Origin: Cyanophora paradoxa CCMP329
Taxonomy: Eukaryota; Plantae; Glaucophyta
Assembly: GCA_004431415.1 (NCBI GenBank)
Contig: QPMI01000049.1
Span: 1 to 64,000 of the forward strand
Length of the DNA stretch: 64,000 bases
Direction: 5' to 3'
Part shown: positions 33,287-46,115 of the stretch, piece after piece
How the letters are laid out: every line of letters begins with the position of its first letter
Position numbering within the stretch: position 1 is the stretch's first letter
The notes under the pieces: generated by a model
Told to the model about the DNA's origin: nothing
What the model saw: only the letters and a program-made list of their open reading frames with translations
Database searches by the model: none
Position numbers and translations under genes: made by a program

Positions 33287-33825
33287 CACGTGTGAAACCT
33301 GCAGCAATCAGCCATGTCATCAGTCTCGTAGTCAGTGATAAGCACCATTGGAAAACCTGGGTCATCAGCGAGATCCATAGGGGCAGCAAATGAGAGAGTC
33401 GCAGGAAGTGAGGGCGCAGCTAACACGGCATCAGCTTCGAGAAGTATGATCCGATTAACGGCAGCTGGCTGAGTCGACGCCCGCACATGGCGAGACTCTG
33501 AGAGCTGAGCCTCGGAGCTGGACGTACGCATGACGTCCTCTCAGTTGAACTTGGAACTTCACGACTGTGCCGCCTTCGTTGCACCCAGGTCAGTTTAATT
33601 TCGCCATGATCCTTCAGGAAATTCTGCCGCTGACCCCGAAATGCATTAGCACCCTTGCAGTGCACATTTAACTGAGAAACATGTAAACCAGACCAAAATT
33701 GCGACTCACTATCTAAGTGCTGGCTAGAGCCCTGAGCCTAGGCCTAGCAATCTAGCGGCGCTTTTCAGAAATCGTAATCGTACTCTGCCTCTTGTAGGTG
33801 CTGATAGTTTGACGGGCGTGGCGTA

Positions 33826-35702
33826 TCACACACCTGCGCGACGGGCACCACACTGGCCACAGAACTTTGCGGCAGATCCGAAGCCGGCGCCACAGCCCGT
33901 GCAGAAGCGGGCAGGGCCCCCGCCGCCCCCGGCCATTGCGCCCGCCATGGAAGACGGTTGTGGAGACAGGGCTTTTGGAGGCTGAGGCGAGCGTGGGGGA
34001 GGTTGCCGTGGACCAGAGCCCAAGGCTGAGGTGACCTTCGGGAGGGAGGGTGTGGTGTACGTGGGCTGGCGTGAATGCTGTGCCGCGAGAGCCTGAGCCA
34101 TAGCACCGCCTGTTCGGAACGACTGTTAGAAAAAGAAACGACAACATCAGCCACGTGGGTTGCACACCACGCTGTGGGGCGAGCATAGCAGCAGTTGGAC
34201 CACTTGCTCGAAGATGTGGTGGAGGAGGGGGCTTGTTGACGGTGGTAGCACATCGTGGCTCGTGGCGAGAGTGTGCCTCGGGTGCAAAGCGACGCGCACA
34301 GTAGCGACACTGAATGTAGTTGGGGTTCTCGGACCGCGATGGTGGAGGAAGGGTCCTCAAATCACGGCCTTCTTTCTGGTACTTCGTGATGAGGCGTGCC
34401 TCTCTCACCTGTGTGCCCAACACGGTCAGTTTGCGGCTAGCTGAGTGGCCAAGCAAGGCAGCAGGCATACAGCCTTCTGGAAGTCAGAATGCTGAGCACG
34501 CCACGTCGACTTAGCCTGCGCCTTGCTGGGGCCTACGTTGCTCCTTGTTCCCTTGTAGTATGCAGCAGCTTCTGTCCCGCTAACTCTGTGTTTGCCGGCA
34601 TCAAACACCTAGAAAAAAAGTCAGTTGCACTGGGGAAAAACAAGCATCAAGAAAATCATCTTACTTTGCGTTGTTTCGAACTTTTGGCGCATGCATTCTG
34701 ATGGACGCTGATTCGATCTGAAGCAAAGCGACGTCCGCACACTTGACATTGCACGAGATCCAAGTTTGCTTCATTCCCATCGTCCTCGAAATTTGAGCCA
34801 CCACCCCCTCCGCCGCGAAGAGCCATCGATCCAGCGCGCGGAATGCCAGATGAAGAAGAAGGGCGAATTATGGAAGAGCTCTTTGGAATTGCAGCACTCG
34901 AAGGCCCAGCGGGTGCACCGATGGGCTTGGCCCTGCAAACAATTTAGATACAGCACTGCACAAGCTTGCTGTGAATGAATGCACGTGTTCCCAGGGCGAC
35001 AGCTTCGAAGATGCACGGGCAATCGATCTTGGGCGAACTTGCGCCCGCAGTTTTGACAGGGAACCTGCGTCAGACGGGCGCTAGGTCAGACGAGCGCTAG
35101 GACAGACGGGCGCTAAGTCAGACGGGCGCTAGGTCAGACGGGCGCTAGGTCAGACGGGCGCTAGGTCAGACGGGCGCTAGGTCAGACGGGCGCTAGGTCA
35201 GACGGGCGCTAGGTCAGACGGGCGCTAGGTCAGACGGGATGCGTGCGCACGAGAGTCTCCTTGTATGCACTAAATGCTTCTTCATTGTACTGATCGATTG
35301 CAGCCCCCTGATGCGCGCGTCAACGCCGACGGCAAATGGCGCGCCGGCGCGCGTTACCTGGCCGCCAATTGGAGCTGCAGCCTGGGGCTTTCTGTGGAAC
35401 TCTGAGTGCCTCCGGGACAGTGCGATCAATGACACGCACCTCGGCAGCGGCCGCCGTTCGTTTCTAGGCAGCAGACTCTGAGCCTTCAGAAACTGCGGCA
35501 GGCGCAGGCTACTCAGCTGCAGGCAAGCAGGCGCAGGCTCAGAAACATCACCTTCTCGGCGCATTGCGTCTCGTGAATCGCAAGGCTCGCCGTGCCAAAC
35601 TGTCGTCCTGCGCGAGGTCGTGGTTACGCGCGGAAGGATGCGCCCTAGGTTGGAGTCAGCTGCACCGCAAATGTAACAAAAAGGTAGATTCGGGCGCGGC
35701 AT
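33826..35702 (-). CDS. C2HC zinc-finger protein (ZC2HC1/ZNF474-like), multi-exon
   Basis: MPRPNLPFCYICG, VPCQNCGRKFAQDRLPVHLRSC, QCQVCGRRFASDRISVHQNAC, IQCRYCARRFAPEAHSRHEPRC, terminal RFCTGCG...KFCGQCG zinc ribbon. Confidence 0.85.
35069..35238. repeat. 16-bp minisatellite (CAGACGGGCGCTAGGT) x ~10.5 inside an intron
   Basis: Units every 16 bp from 35071 to 35231; intron 35065-35250 on the minus strand. Confidence 0.95.
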
Positions 35703-36120
35703 CCGCGTATGCGGGGCGCCGCACGCCTCCGGCGGGCGTACAGAATCCCGGCGACAACGATGACGGTGCTCCTCGCCGCGCTGACTCGACGTTACCGGTC
35801 CAGTTCTGTCGCGCAAGTGCCAGCCGGATTCGACGCGAAACGGCTGCGTAAACTTCGCCCAAGTGTTGTCGCTGCGTGGATGCCGTACCCCCCGCCGTTC
35901 CCGCGGCGGACCCGCGCGGAGCTCGCCCGACGTTGCGAGAGATTCCGCGGCCGCGTCGAGCATGCAAAACTAGTTCCGCAACGGCTTCGCTTGCGTTCCA
36001 GCCCCGATTGACCCCTGCGCGGCCCAGTGCGGCGCTCAGCCCGACCGGCGCGCTTTGCGGCGTGCGGTTTGTCAAGCCGGGCAGTACCGTTAGCTACGTA
36101 TCACCTAGGCCGCGTTAGTG

Positions 36121-39100
36121 ATGGAAGATGGCGACGCCCCGCCCGCTGATGCGGTTGTCCCGAAGAAGCGGAACAAGATTCCTACCGAGCTTCGTGCGCG
36201 CTCTCTTCTGAATCTAGACTTCTTTACTTCTTGTTTCGATCACTGAGACTACAGCAGCTAGCGCAGCGGAGGATCACAACATTCCAGGGCCCCGGCGGCT
36301 GGACGCGCCAGCTACCGTGCAGCGCTCGCGGCTGCGCGACGTTGAGAATCCGGAAGAGAGAGTTGTTGGAACAGGGGCGAACACGTTTGAGGAACTTCTT
36401 GAGCGTAAGCTCCGCGAGGGCGAGTCTCAAGATGCTTTTTCAAGGCCAAGGCAGTCAGTTTTTACGTGTCATGTGCCATGATGCTTCCCTGATCGCCTGA
36501 AATAGGGCTAACGAGAAGCGAGAATTTCTACGCAAGGGCTCACGTACTGCCCGCACAATGCCATCCTCCTCGCATCTTGTCAACAGATCATCCGTCTCAT
36601 CCAGCCACTCCAGCACAAGCGGAGCCCAGCCACATGCTGTACAAGGAACGCAGGCAGCCACGAGTAGGTCGGAATTGCCGCAGAGTTCCATCACAGCCGT
36701 GTCACAATCATCCCGCTCGCTTGTTCCACGCCAGCTTTCTGTGGAACCACCAGGGAGGGGAACACAGCCGCACACTTCCCAACCTCGCCCTTTTTTGAAG
36801 AAGGGATCGGGTCAGCTTGGATCTCAGCGAGGTGAGAGTAGCTCTCGGCCATCCTCAAGCACCCAGCTTCAGCCGAAAGATGTCAATGCTCAAAAAGCAC
36901 GGAAGTCCAGTCCAGTGAGTCCTCTAAAGACAATTTCCTCATGTAGAGTTAACCGACAACGCAGAGCAAACCGTATGTCCCTAGTGCCAGTGGCTATGCA
37001 GCTATGATGCCTGGAGCTGAGAGTGATGACGAGGATTTTGAGAACTTGGAGCGAAGGGTGATGGAAGAAGATGATTTGCGCCCCACTCGCACAGCTGCAG
37101 CTGCGCCCAGGTCAGTGACAGAGGCTCATCTCTTCTTCCAAAGTAACCCTGTTTTGCAGACCTTCTCGAATGTCCGACGCTTCGGTTCCCCAGTCTTCTC
37201 CAGGCCAGTACACAAGTGAAACAGACCCATGTTGGGCAACATACGCAAGTGACGAAGCAGATGCTGCTTTCGAGTCTCATGCTCAGGTGAAACTTCTTGA
37301 CGGAACGGGGTTCTCTAAAAAGGCCGCGCTGGTATTCATCTGAACAGCAGACTTTCCATGACTCGCAAAAGTGGGATGACGTGGAGGAAGAATTTCTGTC
37401 CGATGGTGATGAAGCAACCATCACACATCAAGCACGCTTGAGGACATCAGGTTCACTGTACTGTTCCATTCTGCTCGAATCTATTTTTCATACGATTTGT
37501 TTGCCAGAAACAGCGAAATTAAGCGAACCACCAGTATCTGGCCTGGTCGAGAGGCTGTTCAATAAGCGGCAGAAACCAGGTATGGTTTTGTAGCAGAAAC
37601 TATTTCGTGGAGCTCATGGAGAGCACAGGCAAGAGACTGGAATCGACACAGAAGCAAAGAGGACAACAAGAAATTGCTCATGCAACACCAAAGTCTTCTG
37701 CACCGCTGGAATCTACGTCTGCAGTTCTGCCTGATGACCTAGAGGTCGTTCTCAGGCAGAAGCTTCGTGCTCTCGATGATGAGATCATACGCTTCAAGGC
37801 AGAGACAGAGCGCCTCAAGAAGCTTTCAGATGCTCACGACAAGGAGCATGCTCAATTCGAGCAGGCCAGGGTCTGCAGAACAGGTTAGTTGACTTTTTCA
37901 GGAACCCGTTTTAATCCTTTTGCAGGCTGCATTTGAACGTTCAAGAGGGGAAGAGATTGAGCAATTCGAACTACTGAAAGCTGATGAATTAAAAAAGCTC
38001 AAGAAGGAGAGACGACTGGTTGAGCAGCAAGCTAAAATGAATGCAATGTATGCAGCAAATGCAAAGAGGTGCGTTGGTGCCCAGAGTTCGATCCCACTGC
38101 AAAGTTCATTCTGTTGTGATAGGGAAAGAGAGGAGCTGGACAGCGTGCGAGCAGAGCTTTCAAAACTCAAAGAAGAAGCAATAGTGAAAGAGTCCAAGCT
38201 CAAGGCGACTGCAGACAGGCTTCAGCGCCGTGTTGATGAACTCTCTGCAAAGACGAAGGAGCTTGAAAGAGAGCTTGCGGACAAGGTGAAAACATGTTTT
38301 GAAGTGCCTCAAGGGTGCACTTATCTGGTCGCCAGGATGCTATGCTTGTCAGCTATGAGCAACGAGAGGCATTGAGGAAGAAGGAAGCACTGCGAAGCAA
38401 GAGCCCACTTGTCCGGTAAGAAAAGAATCTGCTGGTTTTGGTTTTTGTACAGGACTGCTGACTCTTTTTCGTGTCAGCTACCCAACTCTGCGGAATGATG
38501 ACTACGCAGAGGCGGCATCTTCAGAACATCACAATTTCAATGGGACACAATCTGCATCAGAGTCTGGCCCAGTTGTGCGTCATACGGAAAGGCGATCCCC
38601 GATTGACAGGAGCACTGTGAGTTTTAAAGTTGATGTGATCCCTACCTTCTTGCTAACTTCCTACACATGTAGCAATCGACACCCGATGCACACGTGGACC
38701 TTCCAAGACATGCACCATTGACCACGAAACCTGGCATCGTGGAGCCAAGCACAAGTATGGCCGACAGTCCAGCACAATGTGCGAGTTTTTTTGCACACGA
38801 ATCAAGCTTGTTATATCTTTTCTGATCCTTGTGCAGACCTGAAAGAAGCTTTCAAGGAGAGTTTTGCTGTGGTTGAGCGCATGCAGGAGAGGAGAAAAAA
38901 GGTACTCTTGGTCCACTCCCGGTCTTCAATTGTTCGACTCGTTTGCAGTTACAAGAAAGCTCTTCGATTCGAGAATCGATTCTCCCGGATGGCAAGGTTG
39001 AGCACGAGTTCTCTGACGGATCCAAGCTTACGTGCTTTGTGAATCAAACGAGAAAGATCACGGAAATAGATGGAAATGTGGCCCTCTACTTCACAAATGG

Positions 39101-39395
39101 AGATATCAAGAAGGTTCCAGGCACTCTTGTCCTTCACGTAAAGCACTGTAGTTACTCGCAGCACAGACTTATCCAGACGGGAAGGTCCTGTACTTCTACG
39201 CAGAGGCGCACACTGTGCACACCACGCTTCCTGATGGCATTGAGGTTAGCATAAGTGTCTTCTGCCCGAAAGAGTGTGTCTGATTCATGTGCTCAGATTT
39301 TCGCCTTCTCTTCCGGTCAAGTTGAGCGCCATTTTCCTTCAGGTAGAAAGCAAATCCTGTTCTCAGATGGTACACTCAAGAATATGGGCAGGTAG
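36121..39395 (+). CDS. Centriolar protein CENPJ/SAS-4-like with C-terminal TCP10 (G-box) repeats, multi-exon
   Basis: RTFEELLERKL, KREFLRKGS and RPFLKKGSG motifs; central coiled coil; C-terminal LPDGKVEHEFSDGS..FTNGDIKK..YFYAEAHTVHTTLPDG..FSSGQVERHFPSGRKQILFSDGT. Confidence 0.85.
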
Positions 39396-39749
39396 CATAT
39401 AGTACTAGCGCTGCATTGGTACTACGATCTTTCTAGGCTACGAGCACGTCTCTGATTGCGATTACGATTACGTATACGATCAGGGGTTGGGCAACTGAGC
39501 TCTAAGGTTGGACGACAATCATGTGACCATGATAGTGGAGGAGGCGATTTAACAGCGGGGGGCGGGCTAGAGGGATCCGGAGGCCGTTCAGTTAGCTGCG
39601 CTTCAAGGCTTGAGGCCGTTGAAAAGCGTTCTAATTGTGATCGTAATCACCGCCGCCAATGCCACTGGCGCGCCCCCTTAGTTCATTCGAATGCCCATCA
39701 AACAGCAACAGAAGTACTACGCAAAACTCATCGCTTATGCTGCACGCTT

Positions 39750-41859
39750 CTAAGAACGGCTCACAGCACGCCAGCCAATATCCCTCCTGCAGAAGCCCTC
39801 TGGCCAGTTGATCTTGTCCACAGCAGTGTATGCAAGCCTTTGAGCCTCCTTCACAGTTGTAGCACGGGCAGTCACACCCAGCACCCGACCACCTAAACGG
39901 AAAGCATAATTCTTCAATCAGGTGAGATGCGAGATGCTGGGAACAGAGGAGAGCACCAGTTGCAACAACTTCCTCCTTGCCATCCACAGTTGAAAAGGCC
40001 GTCCCAGCATGGAAGACACTGCAAAGCGGATAAGCACTATCCAGAAAAGACACAATGAATATTTGACAACGACACGCACTCGACACCTGGAACTGCATCA
40101 GCATCCCCGAGGCCACGAATCACAGTGCCTGATTTGTAAGAGCCAGGATATCCTTGCGCAGCCATCACAACACACAGGGCCGTGTCAGGGCTCCACTGCA
40201 TCTGAGGAAACTTCTCAGGCGATGCTTGTGAATGTATTTTCACAACGTGAAGAAAGTGCACCTCAGGCATTGACGAAATCCGGCCTGTGGCTGAGCTCAT
40301 CAGAGGGATCAGAAGATCCGACTGAAGCCGTGAGCACAGAGCCTGACACTCCGGGTCTCCGAAGCGAATGTTGAATTCAAGCAACTTCGCCTTTCCATCC
40401 TTGATCATAAGACCGGCAAACAAGACGCCCTGACACAAATAGAGAGAACATAAATTACAAGTGAGACCAATATCAAGTTAGGTGTGAGAACCTTGAAGGG
40501 CCGCCCCTCTGATGCCATACCATCCACAGTCGGCTGAATAATGTCACGCATAACGGCCGCTTCGATCTCCTTTGACATAACGGGAGCTGGCGAGTACGCG
40601 CCCATCCCACCAGTATTTGGCCCAGTGTCACCCTCGCCCACGGCCTTATGATCCTGTTCTCGGGTGTGTTAGTCTCCACGTGAGGGCAGATGGATTCGGC
40701 AGCGAACCTGGGCGGAGACAAGAGCAACAGCCGTCTTTCCATCAGTTAGAGCGAAGAAGCTCGCCTCCTCGCCCTCAAGAAACTCTTCAATAACGATCTC
40801 ATCACCTGCAGAACCGAACGCCTGATGCACAAATGAATGTGGCGGTCGGCATCAATGCATGGATCCAGGAGATTTTTACCTTGTCCTTCATCATGGAATT
40901 CACTGCCGCGATCGCCTCATCCTCAGTTTGTGCAATGATGACACCCTTCCCAGCAGCGAGCCCATCCGTCTTGATGACAATTGGGGCGCCCTGAGTCTTA
41001 ATGTACTTCTGCGCCTCATCCACAGATGTGAAGCGAGCGTAAGCTCCCGTTGGAATGTTGTTTCGTGCGCAGAAATCTGTCGTAGGATGCTCAGATGCCG
41101 GATCGGGTGACAGTTTGTTTTTCGCGCACCTTTCATGAAGGCCTTTGATCCCTCCATGCGAGCGGCCTCCTTCGATGGACCAAAAGCGGGGATGCCCTCC
41201 TTTTCCAACGCATCGACAAGCCCAACGACGAGGGGGGCCTCCGGCCCGACGACAACGAAATCGATCGCATTGCTCTTGCAGAAATCGACAACACCCGCGA
41301 CGTCGGTTGCGGACAACGAGGTGACACAGACTGCATCATCTGCAATTCCAGCGTTCCCAGGAGCGCAGAAAAGCTGCTGGCACAGTGGGGACTTCCGGAT
41401 CGAGCGGCAAAGTGCATGCTCGCGTCCACCAGAGCCAACAACAAGGACCTTGAGAGCCGCCTTGCCGAAAAGCTCAGCCCCGAGATCCGACAAGTTCATC
41501 GTGATAATGACGCAGGTAGACGAGCCGGGTCCCTCCCTGGTAGCCTCGATCTGGCGGATACTAGCGCCGAAGAACTCCTTTGTGAGGGAGGCGGCGTGGC
41601 CGAAGGTGAAGCTACGTGCAGTGACCGATCCGCGACTGACGCAGAAAGCTCGGAGCCTGCGAGTCGCGCCCCGCGCGGTGTGCCAGGCCGCGCTCCGGCA
41701 GGCGTGATCGGCCGCGCGGGGAGTCGAGAGCCAAGAGAGCTGTGATGGGGCGAGGCCAGAGCGACCGAGCCTGTACGCGCGAATCCGAGTCAGATCGGCT
41801 TCGCGCAGAGGACGCTCGCCAATCCGTGCGCACGGGACGATGGAGACGAAACCGGCCAT
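39750..41859 (-). CDS. purD: Phosphoribosylamine-glycine ligase (GARS) with N-terminal organelle-targeting peptide, multi-exon
   Basis: [88 protein letters not shown]. Confidence 0.95.
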
Positions 41860-42266
41860 GATGCGCGCGGTCGAACCACGTGCACGTGCCCGCCGAACGT
41901 GCAAATTCTTGCAACTAGAGCGCTAACTCTTGCGAGCAGCCGAGCTTCGAATTCGCTATGCAGTGCTGGGTACGTACACGTACACCAGCAGAGCGATCAA
42001 ATCTGCCACTTGAGCTCCTTTATCGACACTTTATCGCCCCGAGCTCGAGAGTGCCGCAGCTGCTATTGGGTTATAGGCTGCTCGAGCCCCGTGCGCAGCG
42101 CATCGGAATTCTGCCTACCCGGCGACCCCCGCCTTTTGGCTGACCACAGAAAAGGCGCAGCGATCTGTCTTTAACACACGTAGGGAGGATATGAGAGATA
42201 GCGGGGGTTGCGCCGCTCCTGGGGAAAGGAAACTTAAAAACCCAGAGTGCAGCCACGGCGAGACGT

Positions 42267-43357
<1,091 letters not shown>

Positions 43358-43730
43358 CTAAAACTGGGCTGATGCGCATGCGCCTCGCATCCTTCGACGA
43401 GGAAGGGCCGCCCGGGCGCACCATTTCGAATGCGCGACTGCGAACGACCGATCACGGTACCCGGGACGATCGCAGTACTACTCCGCATGCGGCAGTACCC
43501 AGGGACGTGGCGACGCCGCGACGTCGACGTACGCGGCCGCGCGCCGCGCGGGACGCGATTCTCATGCAGTCGCGTGAAAATTTATAAAATGCGCCTTATG
43601 CATCTGATTTGAACTCAGCTAGCGCTAGCACTAGGCCTAGGCACCTGTTCAAAGTGACAAAGTGACACCTAGTACTAGTACAGGTCGCGATCAAAGTGAC
43701 ACTGTTCGACGTTCTAGTTGGCTAGGGGCT

Positions 43731-45529
43731 CTACTCCATGTGAACACCCTCCTCGACACCAGGCATAGGTGGTGGCATTTGCTGCGGGACCATGAACGGG
43801 GCCTCCGGATACAAGCGTGCTGCAGGAAGCTGCAGGGGAAGACTTAATCCGACGATATGTGAAGTGATTGGGAAGGTCCTAGCAAACCTGAAGGTCACCA
43901 CGAGGGATCTTCGTCCAGTCAATGGCCTCTCTGGCAAGCTCTGTCACCAACTGCAGCGGGTTTAACCCTCTTCAGCGACTGAACGCCCTGAGCTGAGCTG
44001 CGTTGAAACTGGTGACTTGCCTGCTCAGAAACCCACAGCGTTGCAGCCGTGTGAGCGCGCTGTAGCCATCTCGCTCTCGAAGTAGCCCGCCACCAGGGCA
44101 CAAGCACTTGAGATCTGAAATCGAGAATCGGAAGACAATGAATAAGAATTCGAATCATTATCCCACCAATCCCGACGAACCTCAGGTCGGACTCCAGCAC
44201 GATGAGCCTGTCGCACAGCTGCTTGTAGGTCTGGGCATTTCGAAGCTCATTCCGCCACCCTGCCAGATTAGAAGGCGAAGCAGTCTTGAAAGCCAGCTGA
44301 GGCTTGCGACCGCAGTCGGTCAACCGGTTCTCTGTAGGAACATCATTTGCTTACATTCTCCAAGAGAAGATAAAACCAGGTACCAAGATCAAGAATGGAG
44401 TCCGAGAGTATGCGAAGTGCAGTGAGCCGTGGGGTTGTTTCCGAATAAGCTGTGTAACAGTCAGCTGCGTCACTCACGGGCAGAATAATCAGCAGCGAAA
44501 AGACGCACGAGCTCCGCGGCCCATTTTGCAGCCTTCCGCGTAGACCTCGGTCTGAGAAGAGATGCAATTAACTAAACCTGGCGAGCATTCCATGTCACAT
44601 ATTCTGCATGGTACCTTTGCGATGTCAAGCAAAGTTTTCGGATTATCGGTAGGCGAAACACTGTCAGGGAAAGCCTCCTCGAACGACTTGATTAGGTCGG
44701 GATTCGCCCAAATGCTGTCGAGTCCATGAGATGACACGGCACAAAAAACTGTGATCCTGGGTTCTCGTACAATTTGCGATAGCCGAACAGGTAAAGAAGG
44801 TGCGGGCTTTTCTCTGTAGTTCGCACTGAGAGCATGTACATGCTCACATCTTCATGCGCAGTGATCTTTCAGAAAGTCAGCGACAAGAAGTAGCCAAAAA
44901 AAAGTGCAGAAAACGTGCCATAGCGGGCCAGAACTTCTCGCCGTCGGTATCAAGCACTTTGAAACCAACGAGAGTACCTTCCCGAAAAGGGTTCACTGGC
45001 TCAGCCTGCTGTTCCATGATGTGCTCGTAGTTCTGAATGTTAAAATTCGTCTTCGCCTTCTTCCCCCGCATCTGTACTACCTTCTCGTCGTAAGCCCTGA
45101 TGCGAGGCTACGATTACTGCACGTTCAGAGTTGAGCGACACAGCAGAGCGTACCTGGCTGCCTCATCCTCGGTGTTGAACGTGCCAAGGTAGTGAGTCTT
45201 GCCACCCATCGTTAGCTGCGCACGCCATTTCTTGTCGCTCCTGCGTGCGGTGCGCCCATCAGATCCCGGCTGCGCTGGGCGAGGGGCGCGCTGCGACGCA
45301 CACTGACTTCGACACGCCCCTGAACTCGAGAAAGGTAATCAGCTAGCTCCTGTTGGCTAAATACGCAGCTCGAAGAGTCGCATGCGCACCTGTATTTGCT
45401 AGTTCTGAGCTTGTCGAAGCGCTCAGAGTCGGACTCAGCCCCTGGCGAAACTCGTTGGTGCGATTCGGCAACACGCGTCGTTCGAGGTGCGCTTTTCTCA
45501 CCGTGAGCCTCTTCTCCCTCGTTTGCCAT
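43731..45529 (-). CDS. AP2-domain protein with PWWP-like and WHIM/WSD-like chromatin domains, multi-exon
   Basis: [54 protein letters not shown] (AP2); GTLVGFKV...FWPAM; WRNELRNAQTYKQLCDRLIVLESDL...WW...RARWL. Confidence 0.8.
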
Positions 45530-45961
45530 CGCTCGCTAGCTACGACGCGCGCAAACAACCAGGCCCGCGGTCGTTTAACCGCCTTGCGAAGGACTGGCTG
45601 CAATGACGGACTGCCAATACTAGTGAGCCGACGACCAAATGTTGCTCCGCGGCCGTGCCCCAGTGAGCCCGCGGCACTTCGTTCGCTCTCTCAGGGGGGG
45701 GGGGGGGGGGGGTGCCGGGGGAAGGAATTGCAAATTGAGTCATGAGTCATGAGCATGTAGATGTGTCAAGTGCAGGCGTGCGAGTAGACGGCGTACTTGC
45801 ACGCCCGCAGCTTTAGTTGGCAGAGCACGGACTCTGACAGCTTGCATTCGTAATCCTCACTTCTTTAATTTCAAAGCTGCATGGATTCGTATTGTATGGT
45901 TCGAAAACACTGGCCCCATATCGGAAGCGATGTGGACGCTTTGTACTAATCGAGACTATAG

Positions 45962-46044
45962 CTAATGCTGGAAGTGGGGGAAGAATGAATTGTACGAAAA
46001 CTGCTGGTGCTGCTGCTGCTGCTGCTGCTGCTGCTGCAGCAGCA

Positions 46045-46115
<71 letters not shown>

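Noticed and set aside
32321-33393. Repeated ORFs in the 209-bp array
   Set aside because: The unit length is not a multiple of 3, and there is no codon bias or recognisable domain.
33286-33665. Possible small spliced gene on the minus strand
   Set aside because: No recognisable family or clear start, and it runs into the tandem repeat.
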